From the NCBI GenBank assembly GCA_016202695.1, contig JACQOE010000013.1:707-64706 (forward strand): a stretch of DNA of 64,000 bases, in the 5' to 3' direction. Position numbers and translations under genes: made by a program. This document shows, piece by piece, positions 30,826 to 40,613 of this stretch; position 1 is the stretch's first letter; each line of letters begins with the position of its first letter. Source of the stretch: Pseudomonadota bacterium (GTDB taxonomy: Bacteria > Pseudomonadota > Alphaproteobacteria > JACQOE01). Below the pieces are notes generated by a model. The model was not told the DNA's origin. It ran no database searches and worked only from the letters and a program-made list of their open reading frames with translations.

Positions 30826-31381
30826 GGCCGCGTCGCCCGCCGGTCCCGGGGGCGCCGGCAGGCGGGAAAGGGGGCACGCCCCCCTTCCCATCGGGCCTCG
30901 AGTCGGGGCATGATCGCGCGCCTTCGTTGCGGGTGCGGTCGGCGCATCCCGAGGCGCCGGGTTCGGGCACCAGGATTCCCATGAGCGTTTCGGTCGGCGT
31001 CGTCGGCCTGCTCACCGCAAGCTGCGGTTCGCTGGTGATGGCGCGCGCAAGCGCGGCCGAGGCGGTTCCCCCGGTCGTGGCCGCGCTGATGATTCTGGTC
31101 GAATGGACGAGCGGGCTTGCCGGCCTCGCCGCCGGTGTGGCGCTCGGCCTCGGTCCCTGCCGAGGCCGGCGGCGCTGGGCGATCGAGAGGCGGAGCCTGA
31201 TCGTCGCCCGCCAGCGCGACTCCTCGATCGCCGAGCCCCCCCGGCACTGAACGCGGGTCGGCCCGGAGTCACGGGCCGGGCCGGATCGTTCCCCTCCGGA
31301 CGAGTTTCGGGAGCAGTTCCCTACGCCTGGTCGCAGGCGAACAGTGTCGATCCAGCAACGAAAATTCAAGGATCCTGCCCG

Positions 31382-33364
31382 ATGAACGCCGTTCGAAACC
31401 GGCTTGCCGGCTTCGGCTTTCGCCAGTTCGTGATGCTCACCGCCTTCGCGATGTCGACCTACCACGTGACCGTCGGCTATCTCGGCGAGCCGGTGGCCGA
31501 GGTCCACCGCCCGATCCACGTCACCTTCGCCATGCTGATCCTGTACTGGAGCTGGGAGCGGACCGGGACCGCGGCCAAGCGGCGACTCAAGTTCGCGCGC
31601 GATTTCCTGATCTCGCTGGTCATGATCGTCGCCACCGCCTACCTCTTCCTCAACTCGACCTACGTCGCCGAGCGCATGCAGACGGTTGACCCGGTCGCCT
31701 GGTACGAGCAGGCGCTCGGCGTGGCCCTGATCCTGCTGCTGCTCGAGGCGGGTCGGCGCTCGATCGGCTGGACGATCGTGATCGTGGTGCTGATCTTCCT
31801 CGCGTTCGCTCGCTTCGGCTTCCTGCTGCCGGCGCCGTTCTACCACAACGGCTACACCCTCGAGCGCATCATCGAGCACATGTACCTGACCAACTACGGC
31901 ATCTGGAGCGAACCGATCGCGGTCAACGCGAGCTTCGTGTTCCTGTTCGTGCTCTTCGGCTCGATCCTGCTCTCCTCCGGCGCGGGGGAGTTCTTTAACG
32001 ACCTCGCCGAGGCGGTCACGCGCCGCGCCGTCGGCGGGCCGGCCAAGACCGCGGTGGTCTCGTCGGCGCTGATGGGGATGCTGTCGGGAAGCTCGGCGGC
32101 GAACGTGGTGACCACCGGCTCCTTCACCATCCCGGCGATGAAGAAGGCGGGCTTCAGCCCCGAGTTCGCCGGCGGCGTCGAGGCGTCGGCCTCGTCGGGC
32201 GGGCAGTTGATGCCGCCGGTGATGGGCTCGGCCGCGTTCATCATGTCGGAGTTCCTCGGGATCAGCTACTTCGACATCATGCGCTACGCGATCCTGCCGG
32301 CCATCCTTTACTTCATCGCCTGCTATTTCGCGGTCGACCTCGAGGCGCGCCGCATGGGCCTCAAGGCGAGCGGGGACGTGGCGTCGAAGTCGATCCTGAG
32401 GGTCCTCATCCGGCGGTGCTACCTGCTGCTCTCGGTGGTGGCGCTCATCTACTACCTCTACAAGGGCTACACCCCGGCGATGTCGGCCTTCTGGGCGATC
32501 GTCAGCCTGCTGGCAATGGTCGTCCTGTTCGACGGCAAGCAGCGCCGGCGCATCCACCGGGTGATCTGGGAGGCGTTCACCGACGCGCCCAAGCTGATCG
32601 CGCCGGTGGCGGCGGCCTGCGCGCTGGGCGGCATCATCGTCGGGGTGATGACGCTGACCGCGCTCGGCGACCGCATGAGCGCCGTGATCATTTCGATCTC
32701 GGGCGGCAGCGTGCTCGCCACCCTGCTCCTCTCCACCTTCTTCGGCGTGATCCTGGGCATGGGCATGCCGACCTCGGGCGCCTACATCATCCTCGCCACG
32801 CTGCTCGCCCCTGCGCTCAACAAGATGGGGGTGGCGCTCATCGCCGCCCACATGTTCCTGATGTGGGTGGCGGCGAAGTCGTCGATCACGCCGCCGGTGG
32901 CGATCGCCTCCTACGCCGCCGCGGCGGTGGCCGGATCCGATCCGTGGAAGACGAGCATCGCCGCCTTCCGCATCGGCTTCCCGGTGTTCATCATCCCCTA
33001 CATGTTCGTCTACGGCACGGCGCTCCTGACCATCGGCGAGCCGTGGGACATCGCCTGGTCCTTCGTCACCGCGACGATCGGCTGCTACTTCCTGTCGGTG
33101 GCGACGATCGGCTGGTTCCTGACGAAGCTCTCCTGGATCGAGCGGCTGTTCGCGGCCGTGGCGGCGGTGATGCTGATGTTCTCCGGAATTCTTACCGACG
33201 TGATCGGCATCGTCATGGGGGCCCTGCTCGGAACCTTCCTCTATTATCGCTTCCGTCGCCAGAAGGAGAGGGGGCTCGCGTCCGGGGCGGCCACGGTCGC
33301 CGCTGCTGCGCCCGAGGGGGCGGCGATGGCGTCGAAGGGATCGGGCCGGCTCGACGCCGCCTGA
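31382..33364 (+). CDS. TRAP transporter fused 4TM/12TM permease, paralog 2
   Basis: Same motif set, collinear with paralog 1. Start ATG 31382. Confidence 0.94.
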   Translation: MNAVRNRLAGFGFRQFVMLTAFAMSTYHVTVGYLGEPVAEVHRPIHVTFAMLILYWSWERTGTAAKRRLKFARDFLISLVMIVATAYLFLNSTYVAERMQTVDPVAWYEQALGVALILLLLEAGRRSIGWTIVIVVLIFLAFARFGFLLPAPFYHNGYTLERIIEHMYLTNYGIWSEPIAVNASFVFLFVLFGSILLSSGAGEFFNDLAEAVTRRAVGGPAKTAVVSSALMGMLSGSSAANVVTTGSFTIPAMKKAGFSPEFAGGVEASASSGGQLMPPVMGSAAFIMSEFLGISYFDIMRYAILPAILYFIACYFAVDLEARRMGLKASGDVASKSILRVLIRRCYLLLSVVALIYYLYKGYTPAMSAFWAIVSLLAMVVLFDGKQRRRIHRVIWEAFTDAPKLIAPVAAACALGGIIVGVMTLTALGDRMSAVIISISGGSVLATLLLSTFFGVILGMGMPTSGAYIILATLLAPALNKMGVALIAAHMFLMWVAAKSSITPPVAIASYAAAAVAGSDPWKTSIAAFRIGFPVFIIPYMFVYGTALLTIGEPWDIAWSFVTATIGCYFLSVATIGWFLTKLSWIERLFAAVAAVMLMFSGILTDVIGIVMGALLGTFLYYRFRRQKERGLASGAATVAAAAPEGAAMASKGSGRLDAA

Positions 33365-33473
33365 GCCCGGGCGGGGCAGGGACCGATCCCGGCGCCCCTT
33401 GTCGCTCGCGGCCGACTGGGGCAAGGTTGGGCGGGTCGCGCATCGACCCCGGCCCCTCACGCCCAGGACAGCC

Positions 33474-35159
33474 ATGCCCGCTTCCCTGACCACCCGCTCC
33501 GGCGGCCGGCTCATCGCCGAGGCGTTGCGCCTGCACGGCGCCGATCACGTCTTCTTCGTGCCCGGCGAGAGCTACCTCGACCTCCTGAACGGCCTCTTCG
33601 ACGTGCAGAACGAGGTCAAGGCGGTGACCTGCCGCTTCGAGGTCGGCGCAGTGGTGATGGCCGAGGCTTACGGCAAGCTCACCGGCCGGCCGGGGGTGGC
33701 GATCGTCACCCGCGGCCCCGGGGCCAGCCACGGCATGGTCGGCATCCACACCGCCTTCCAGGACTCGACCCCGCTCGTGCTCCTCGTCGGCCAGGTGCCG
33801 CGCGACGAGATCGACCGCGAGTCGTTCCAGGAGATGGACTACCGCCGGCTGTTCGCCGCGACCGCCAAGTGGGTGACCCAGATCGACGACGCCCGGCGCA
33901 TCCCCGAGATCATGGCCCACGCCTTCCACCTCGCCGCCTCGGGCCGGCCGGGGCCGGTGGTGGTGGCGATCCCCGAGGACATGCAGCTCGACCGGGTCGA
34001 GGCCGCCGACTGCCGGCCCTACGCCACCGTGCGCGCGCACCCGGGCGCGGCCCAGATCGCGCGGATGCGCGAGCTTCTGGCGCGGGCGCGCCGGCCGATC
34101 CTGCTCCTCGGCGGCTCCGGCTGGAGCGAGGAGGCGCGGCAGCGCATCCGCACCTTCGCCGAGGCGAACCGGCTTCCGACCTGCGTCTCCTTCCGCCGCC
34201 AGGACATCTTCGACGGCACGCTTTCGACCTACATCGGCGACCTCTCGCCCGGCACCGACCCGGCCCTGGTCAAGCGGGTGAAGGAGGCCGACCTCCTGCT
34301 CGCGGTCGGCGCCCGGCTCGGCCAGATGACCACCCAGGGCTACAGCGTCATGGGCATCCCCGACCCCGGCAAGGTGCTCATCCACGTGCACGCGGACGCG
34401 GGCGAGATTGGCCGTGTCTTCCAGCCGACGCTGGGCATCCAGTCGGGCATGCCCGAGTTCGCCGAGGCGGTGGCCGAACTGCCGCCCCTCGACGGCGCCG
34501 CCTGGGCGGAGTGGACGCGCGCCGCGCGCGCCGACCGGGTGCGGAACGCCACGCCACCGGGCTACGACGATCCGCTCGACCTCGGCCAGTGCATGGCGGC
34601 GCTCCAGGCGGCGGCCCCGGCGGACGCGATCTTCGCCTCGGACGCCGGCAACTTCAGCGGCTGGATCTCGCGCTTCCTTACCCTCTCCGGGCGCCAGCGC
34701 CTCCTGGGCCCGACCAACGGCGCCATGGGCTACGGCGTTCCCGCCGCGGTGGGGGCGGCGATCCTGCATCCCGACCGGCAGGTCTTCTCGCTGGTCGGCG
34801 ACGGCGGCATCATGATGACCGGCCTCGAGCTGGCGACCGCGGCCCACTACCGGGTGAAGCCGGTGGTGCTGGTCTTCAACAACGGCATGTACGGCACCAT
34901 CCGCATGCACCAGGAGCGCGAGTACCCGGGGCGGATCATCGGCACCGAGTTCACCAACCCCGATTTTGTCAGGCTGATCGAGGCCTTCGGCGGCCACGGC
35001 GAGGTGGTGCGCGAAACCAAGGAGTTCGCCCCGGCGCTGAGGCGGGCAATGGCCTGCGGCCGGCCGGCGCTCCTCGATCTGCGCATGAACCCCGACCGCA
35101 TCACCACCCGCTCGACCCTCTCCGGAATCCGCGAGAAGGCACTCGCCGGCGGGCGGTAG
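33474..35159 (+). CDS. ThDP-dependent enzyme (acetolactate synthase large-subunit-like)
   Basis: VPGESYL, RFE (cofactor-activating Glu), TRGPG, GAMGYG and GDGG...FNN.MYGTI. Start ATG 33474. Confidence 0.92.
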   Translation: MPASLTTRSGGRLIAEALRLHGADHVFFVPGESYLDLLNGLFDVQNEVKAVTCRFEVGAVVMAEAYGKLTGRPGVAIVTRGPGASHGMVGIHTAFQDSTPLVLLVGQVPRDEIDRESFQEMDYRRLFAATAKWVTQIDDARRIPEIMAHAFHLAASGRPGPVVVAIPEDMQLDRVEAADCRPYATVRAHPGAAQIARMRELLARARRPILLLGGSGWSEEARQRIRTFAEANRLPTCVSFRRQDIFDGTLSTYIGDLSPGTDPALVKRVKEADLLLAVGARLGQMTTQGYSVMGIPDPGKVLIHVHADAGEIGRVFQPTLGIQSGMPEFAEAVAELPPLDGAAWAEWTRAARADRVRNATPPGYDDPLDLGQCMAALQAAAPADAIFASDAGNFSGWISRFLTLSGRQRLLGPTNGAMGYGVPAAVGAAILHPDRQVFSLVGDGGIMMTGLELATAAHYRVKPVVLVFNNGMYGTIRMHQEREYPGRIIGTEFTNPDFVRLIEAFGGHGEVVRETKEFAPALRRAMACGRPALLDLRMNPDRITTRSTLSGIREKALAGGR

Positions 35160-35392
35160 CGCGGGCGGAAGCGGACAGCGCGCCGCCGCCGAGGGCGGTC
35201 GGTGGTGGAAGCCGGGAGCGCCCCGGTCGCGCCTTCAAATCGGCGCCGGCACTTCCTCTTGCTCGCCTCCGGGGGGCTCTCGAAGTCCCGGCGCGCGGTC
35301 CGCTCGCGAACGTCCCGGCCGCGCGCTTTGGGCTTGGGGATGCGCCGGCACCGGGTTAAACCTTCGCCCGGGGGGCGAGGAAACGGGACACC

Positions 35393-36316
35393 ATGAAGGG
35401 GGGCGCCGAGGGCGACAGGGGCGCGGGCGGGGTGCTTGCGGGCAACGTCGGCGGCGCGCTCTGGATGCTGGCGGCGGTCGGCGTCTTCACCTTGATGCAG
35501 CTCTTCATCAAGGACCTGACCCACCAGATGCCGCTCTCGGTGTTGGTGTGCCTGCGCATGGCCTTCGGCGTGCTGGCGCTGGCCCCGCTCGCGGCGCGGC
35601 GCGGGCTGGACGGGATGCGGACGCGCCATCCCTGGCTCCAGTTCTGGCGCGGCACGTTCGGGGTTACGTCGATGTTCTGCTTCGCCTTCGCGCTGTCGCG
35701 GCTCCTTTTCGCCGACGCGATCGCGTTGACGTTCTCCACCCCGCTGTGGTCGATGGTGCTCTCGATCGTGCTTCTCGGCGAGCGGCCGGGGCCTCGCCGG
35801 TGGTGCGCGGCGGGCGTCGGCTTCCTCGGCGTGATGCTGATCGTCCGGCCCCAGGCCGTGCCCGACCCGGCGATGCTGGTCGCGCTCCTCGGCGCGGCGC
35901 TGGGGGCGGGGGTGGTGATCGTGCTGCGGCGCCTGGCCCCGCTCGAGTCGGGGTTCACGATCACCTTCTACTCCCACCTCGTCGGCGCCCTCCTCGCCCT
36001 GCCGAGCGCGGTCCTCTTCTGGGAGGCACCCAGCCTCCGCCAAATCGCCGTCCTGGCGGTGATCGGCGCGCTCTCCACCCTCGGCCAGTACCTGTTCGCG
36101 CGCGCGCTCGCCGTCGGCGAGGTGACGGTGGTCGCGCCGATGGAGTTCGCCCGCCTGCCGGTGGCCGCCGTCCTCGGCTTCGTGATCTTCGCCGAGCTCT
36201 CCGACCGTCAGGCGCTCCTTGGCATGGCGCTGATCATGGCATCTTGCGTCTACATCGTCCGCCGCGAGGCGATGTTGCGCCGGCGTGCCCGGGCCAGGGC
36301 GGCCCGTGCGCCGTGA
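35393..36316 (+). CDS. DMT/EamA family transporter
   Basis: About 10 TM; ADAIAL.FSTP, LLGER.G.RRW, VGF.GV..IVRP and VAP.EF. Confidence 0.9.
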   Translation: MKGGAEGDRGAGGVLAGNVGGALWMLAAVGVFTLMQLFIKDLTHQMPLSVLVCLRMAFGVLALAPLAARRGLDGMRTRHPWLQFWRGTFGVTSMFCFAFALSRLLFADAIALTFSTPLWSMVLSIVLLGERPGPRRWCAAGVGFLGVMLIVRPQAVPDPAMLVALLGAALGAGVVIVLRRLAPLESGFTITFYSHLVGALLALPSAVLFWEAPSLRQIAVLAVIGALSTLGQYLFARALAVGEVTVVAPMEFARLPVAAVLGFVIFAELSDRQALLGMALIMASCVYIVRREAMLRRRARARAARAP

Positions 36317-36454
36317 GCGGGACGCCGGGGGCCGGCGGCTCCGCCCGGGCGGCACGAAACTTGCTCTCCCGGGGGGGCGGTCGTACGGGGAAAGAAACGA
36401 TTCGACGGTCGAGCGCGCGGGCAAGGTGAGCCCGCGCCGCGAAGGGCGATGACC

Positions 36455-36545
36455 GTGACTATTAGTGTCGCAATTTGGAGTTGCGATTTGGGTTACCACA
36501 TTATTTAGTATATTTGTTCTATTATTTCTGCCATATATATTCGCG
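36455..36545. promoter_or_regulatory. AT-rich promoter/regulatory island with palindrome TCGCAA-N7-TTGCGA (36468-36486)
   Basis: Abrupt AT-rich stretch in a GC-rich background, about 100 bp upstream of the T1SS operon; the inverted repeat is seen directly. Confidence 0.6.
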
Positions 36546-36639
36546 CGTCCGCCTGGCTTGGCCGCGCGGCGGGCGTTGCGGCGACCCGCGTGTGTGTTGG
36601 GGGGCGGGTGGCGGCGCAGGTGGACGAAGGGGCGGGAGG

Positions 36640-38403
36640 GTGCCGACGACCGACAGACGCGACCAAGCGGACCTGGGTTTAGCCGCCGGCGAGCTCGGGG
36701 CTCTTTCGCTGCTGCGGCTCGGGGGCCTCGACCTCGTCCTGGTTTCGGCCACGATCAACCTGCTCGCGCTCGCGCTTCCGCTCACCCTCCTTCAGGTCTA
36801 CGACCGCATCCTGCCCAACGCCGCGACCGATTCCCTGGTGGTGCTGGTGGTGGCGGTCGCGGGGGCGCTTCTGTTCGAGGTGTTCCTGCGCTTCGGCCGC
36901 GCCTATCTCATGGCCTGGGCGGGGGCGCGCCACGAGCACCTCTCGGGCTGCGCCGCGATCGGCCGGCTGCTCGAGTCCAATCTCGCCGACTTCGAGAAGG
37001 ATCCCCCGGGCGTGCATCTCGACCGGCTCCGTGCCTTCGCGCATCTGCGCGACTTCTCGGGCGGGCAGCCGATGGTGCTGATGATCGACCTGCCGTTCGC
37101 ACTCCTGTTCATCGCCATCATCGCCTACCTCGGCCGCGAGCTCGTGCTCGTCCCGGTGGCGCTGCTGGCCCTCTTCGGCGTCGCCGCCGCCTGGATGGGC
37201 GCCCGCTTGAAGGCCGCGCTCGCCCGGCGCACCGAGGCCGACGACCGGCGTTTCAACTTCATCATCGAGGTCCTGGGCGGGGTGCACACGGTGAAGGCGA
37301 TGGCGATGGAGCCGTTCATGGTCCGCCGCTACGAGCGGCTCCAGCACGCCTGCGCCCGCGCCACTTACGATGTGGTCCGCGCCAGCAATGACGCCATGTC
37401 CTTGGGCAGCGCCTTCGCCCAGCTCACCACCGTGCTGGTGGTGGCGGCGGGAAGCCTCAAGGTGATCGACGGCACGCTCACCGTCGGTGGGCTTTCCGCC
37501 TGCATGCTGCTGTCGTCGCGGGCGATGCAGCCCCTGCAGCGCGCGCTGGGCCTGTGGACGCGCTTCCAGAGCATCCGTATCGCCTGTCGGCGCGTGCGCG
37601 AGCTGTTCGCCATCCCGGCCGAGGGCGGCGAGGGCGGAGAGGCGCTGGAGATCCAGGGCCGGATCGAGTTCAAGGGCGTCGGCTTCACCTATCCGGGCGA
37701 CGCCGAGCCGACGATCGTCGACGCCAACCTCGAGATCGCGCCCGGCGAGACGGTGGCGATCACCGGCAAGGACGGCGCCGGCAAGACCACGCTTATCTAT
37801 CTGATGATGGGGGCGCTCCGGCCCTCCTCGGGCGAGGTTCTGATCGACGGGCGGCCGGTCTCCGCCTACGAGCCCCGGGCGCTGCGCGCGCAGGTGGCGT
37901 TCCTTCCCCAGCGCGGGGTGCTGTTCCAGGGGACGATCCTCGACAACCTGACCAACTTCCGCTCCGGCGACTACGCCGAGGTCGCGCTCGAGTTGGCCTC
38001 GCGCTCCGGCCTCGACCGGGTGGTGGCGCGCCTTCCCAAGGGTTACGACACGCGCGTCGGCGAGGCCGCCTTCAGTTCCCTCCCCTTCGGCATTTCCCAG
38101 CGCATCGCCATCGTGCGCGCGCTGGTCGACCGCCCGCGCATCGTCCTGTTCGACGCCGCCAACGAGGGGCTCGACGCGGCCGGCGAGACGGTGCTCAAGG
38201 ACCTCCTGGTGATGCTCAAGAACGATCCCGCGGTCACCCTGGTGATCGTCAGCCACCGGCCCTCGCTCCTCGAGCTCGCCGATCGCGTGTTCACCTGCCG
38301 GGCGGGACGGATCGCGGCCTCGGAGATCACCCTTGCCCGTGCCCCCGGCCCGGCGGGCGAGTCGAACCCGCACCGCGGGCCCGACGCGGAGGGCGCGCGG
38401 TGA
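36640..38403 (+). CDS. Type I secretion ABC transporter subunit 1 (TMD+NBD, no C39-like domain, degenerate Walker B)
   Basis: INLLALALPL.LLQVYDRILP, Walker A GKDGAGKT, Walker B IVLFDAA (Ala in place of Glu), signature LPFGI, VSHR. Start GTG 36640 inferred. Confidence 0.9.
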   Translation: MPTTDRRDQADLGLAAGELGALSLLRLGGLDLVLVSATINLLALALPLTLLQVYDRILPNAATDSLVVLVVAVAGALLFEVFLRFGRAYLMAWAGARHEHLSGCAAIGRLLESNLADFEKDPPGVHLDRLRAFAHLRDFSGGQPMVLMIDLPFALLFIAIIAYLGRELVLVPVALLALFGVAAAWMGARLKAALARRTEADDRRFNFIIEVLGGVHTVKAMAMEPFMVRRYERLQHACARATYDVVRASNDAMSLGSAFAQLTTVLVVAAGSLKVIDGTLTVGGLSACMLLSSRAMQPLQRALGLWTRFQSIRIACRRVRELFAIPAEGGEGGEALEIQGRIEFKGVGFTYPGDAEPTIVDANLEIAPGETVAITGKDGAGKTTLIYLMMGALRPSSGEVLIDGRPVSAYEPRALRAQVAFLPQRGVLFQGTILDNLTNFRSGDYAEVALELASRSGLDRVVARLPKGYDTRVGEAAFSSLPFGISQRIAIVRALVDRPRIVLFDAANEGLDAAGETVLKDLLVMLKNDPAVTLVIVSHRPSLLELADRVFTCRAGRIAASEITLARAPGPAGESNPHRGPDAEGAR

Positions 38404-40613
38404 ATACCGCCCCCGACATGCTCCGCGGCACCGTTCCGCCGGTTCGGCGCGAGCGGCGCCGGCGCCGACGGCCGAGCCCCGAGCTGCTGCATCTCCTCGC
38501 CTCCTCGTTCCGCACCGGCGCGCTCGGCGGGTTCAAGGCGATCTCCGACGTCGCCGCCTGCCTGGTGCCGCTCCTCTCGGCGCTCGGCTGGCGGGGCGAT
38601 CCGCGGCAGGTGGCGGAGGCGCTGCCCCATTTCGCCGACGACCTCGACGTCGCCGGGCTGCGCAACGTCATGGCCAACCTCGGCTATGCCAGCCGGCCGG
38701 TCTCCCTGCCGCTGGCCGACATGGACCCGCGGCTCGCGCCCTCCTTGTTCGTCCCCAACCGGGGCCCGGCGATGGTGGTGCTGGCGGTCAACCCAGATGT
38801 GTTCCGGGTCTTCGACGGTGGCGGGCGCGAGTTCCGCATGCTGCGCCCGGGCCGGAGCAAGGGCACGGTCTACGTCTTCAGCCGCATGGAGGAGGAGACC
38901 CAGGCGCGCCCGCGCCAGCCCGAGCACTGGTTCCGCGGCATGGCCAGGCGCTTCCACGGCCTCGGCCTGCAGACTTTCGCCATGACCCTGATGATGAACC
39001 TGATCGCGCTGGCGACCCCGTTCTTCGTCATGGCGATCTTCGACCGGGTGATCGGCGCGCGCTCGATTCCCACCCTCGAGATGCTCGGGATCGGGATCGG
39101 GCTGGCGCTCGCCGGCGACCTCGTGCTCAGACTCATCCGTTCGCGCATCCTTGCCCATGTCGGGGCGCGGCTCGACATGATCCTCGGCAGTGCGGTCTTC
39201 CAGCACATCCTTTTCCTGGCCCCCCAGTTCACGGAGCGGGCCTCGGTGGGCGGGCAGATCGCCAAGATCCGCGAGTTCGAGGGAATCCGCGAGTTCTTCA
39301 CCGGCCAGCTCGCGCTGGCATTCCTCGAGCTTCCCTTCGTCGTGATCTTCCTTGCCGCGATCGTGCTCGTCGCCGGGCCGCTGGTCTCCATCCCGCTGGT
39401 CATGGCCGGGCTGTTCGGGCTGCTCGGCACCGTCGTGCTGCCGGCGCTCAGGGCGCAGATCGCCGCCGCCGCTGCCGCCGGCACGCGGCGCGAGGAGTTC
39501 TTCCTCGAGACGGTCTCGAAGATGCGGGCGCTGAAGTACACCGGGGCGGCGGAGCGATGGCTCGAGGTCTTCCGCGACGCCTCGGCGCGCAACGCCATGG
39601 CCCACTTCCGCACCGCCGCCCTCAGCGGCGTGGTCAGCGCCTGCGCCCAGGGGTTGATGATCGGCGCCGGGGCGGCGACCGCCGCCTTCGGCGTGCTCCG
39701 TGTCATCGACAAGGAAATGACCGTGGGTGGGCTCGTCGCCACCATGATCCTGATCTGGCGGGTGCTCTCGCCCATCCAGGCGGGGTTCCTCTCGCTCAAC
39801 CGGCTCGAGCAGGTGCTCGCCAGCATCCGCAAGGTGAACGCGCTGATGGGCCTGCAGCTCGAGCGCGAGCCCCGGCGGCACCGTGGCCTCACCCGCCCGA
39901 TCGTCGGCCGCGTGACGCTGTCGCGGGTGAGCCTTCGCTACCATCCCGACGCCGACCCGGCGGTGCTCGGGGTGTCGTTCGAGGCCGCCCCCGGCGAGGT
40001 GGTGGCGCTGGCCGGGCCGAACGGCGCCGGCAAGTCGACGATCCTCAAACTGATCGCCGGGCTCTATCAGCCCCAGGGCGGGCACGTCATGATCGACGGG
40101 ATCGACATCCGGCAGTTCGACCCGGCGGCGCTGCGCCAGGCCATCGGCTATGTCCCCGAGGTGACCGACCTCTTCCACGGCAGCATCGCCGAGAACCTGC
40201 GCCTCGCCCATCCCACCGCCACCCACGAGGACCTCTACTGGGCGGCGAGCGAGGCCGGGGTGCTGGAGGATGTTCTGGCGCTTCCCGAGGGCTTCGAGAC
40301 CTGGATCGGCGATCAGCGCTCCGCCCGGATGACGGCGGGGATGCGCCAGCGCCTCTCCCTCGCCCGCGCCTATCTGAAGCGGGCGCCCATCCTGCTCTTC
40401 GACGAGCCGGGCAACGGGCTCGACGAGGCCGCCGACCGGGCCTTCATCGAGTTCCTCGCCAAGCGGCGGGGCCGTTCGACGATCATTGTCGCCACCCACC
40501 GGCCGAGCCATATGCGTAGTGCGGACCGGGTGCTCGTGCTCGACGCCGGAAGCATGCGCTTCGCCGGCACGGCCGAGGAGACCTTCAGGCAGATTCCGAG
40601 GGAGTTCCTATGA
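38400..40613 (+). CDS. Type I secretion ABC transporter subunit 2 (C39-like domain+TMD+NBD)
   Basis: N-terminal CLD (DVAACL), MAIFDRVI, GPNGAGKST, LLFDEPG and ATHR. GTGA overlap with subunit 1. Confidence 0.92.
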   Translation: MNTAPDMLRGTVPPVRRERRRRRRPSPELLHLLASSFRTGALGGFKAISDVAACLVPLLSALGWRGDPRQVAEALPHFADDLDVAGLRNVMANLGYASRPVSLPLADMDPRLAPSLFVPNRGPAMVVLAVNPDVFRVFDGGGREFRMLRPGRSKGTVYVFSRMEEETQARPRQPEHWFRGMARRFHGLGLQTFAMTLMMNLIALATPFFVMAIFDRVIGARSIPTLEMLGIGIGLALAGDLVLRLIRSRILAHVGARLDMILGSAVFQHILFLAPQFTERASVGGQIAKIREFEGIREFFTGQLALAFLELPFVVIFLAAIVLVAGPLVSIPLVMAGLFGLLGTVVLPALRAQIAAAAAAGTRREEFFLETVSKMRALKYTGAAERWLEVFRDASARNAMAHFRTAALSGVVSACAQGLMIGAGAATAAFGVLRVIDKEMTVGGLVATMILIWRVLSPIQAGFLSLNRLEQVLASIRKVNALMGLQLEREPRRHRGLTRPIVGRVTLSRVSLRYHPDADPAVLGVSFEAAPGEVVALAGPNGAGKSTILKLIAGLYQPQGGHVMIDGIDIRQFDPAALRQAIGYVPEVTDLFHGSIAENLRLAHPTATHEDLYWAASEAGVLEDVLALPEGFETWIGDQRSARMTAGMRQRLSLARAYLKRAPILLFDEPGNGLDEAADRAFIEFLAKRRGRSTIIVATHRPSHMRSADRVLVLDAGSMRFAGTAEETFRQIPREFL

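Noticed and set aside
30981-31250. Possible 89-aa hydrophobic ORF (MSVSVGVVGLL...) between the two permeases
   Set aside because: Weak RBS, atypical codon usage and no recognisable family. I cannot support it, but it is not excluded.
36490-36545. dif site, CtrA box or replication origin in the AT-rich tract
   Set aside because: No XerC/D arm match, at least two mismatches to the CtrA consensus, and no DnaA-box cluster seen.
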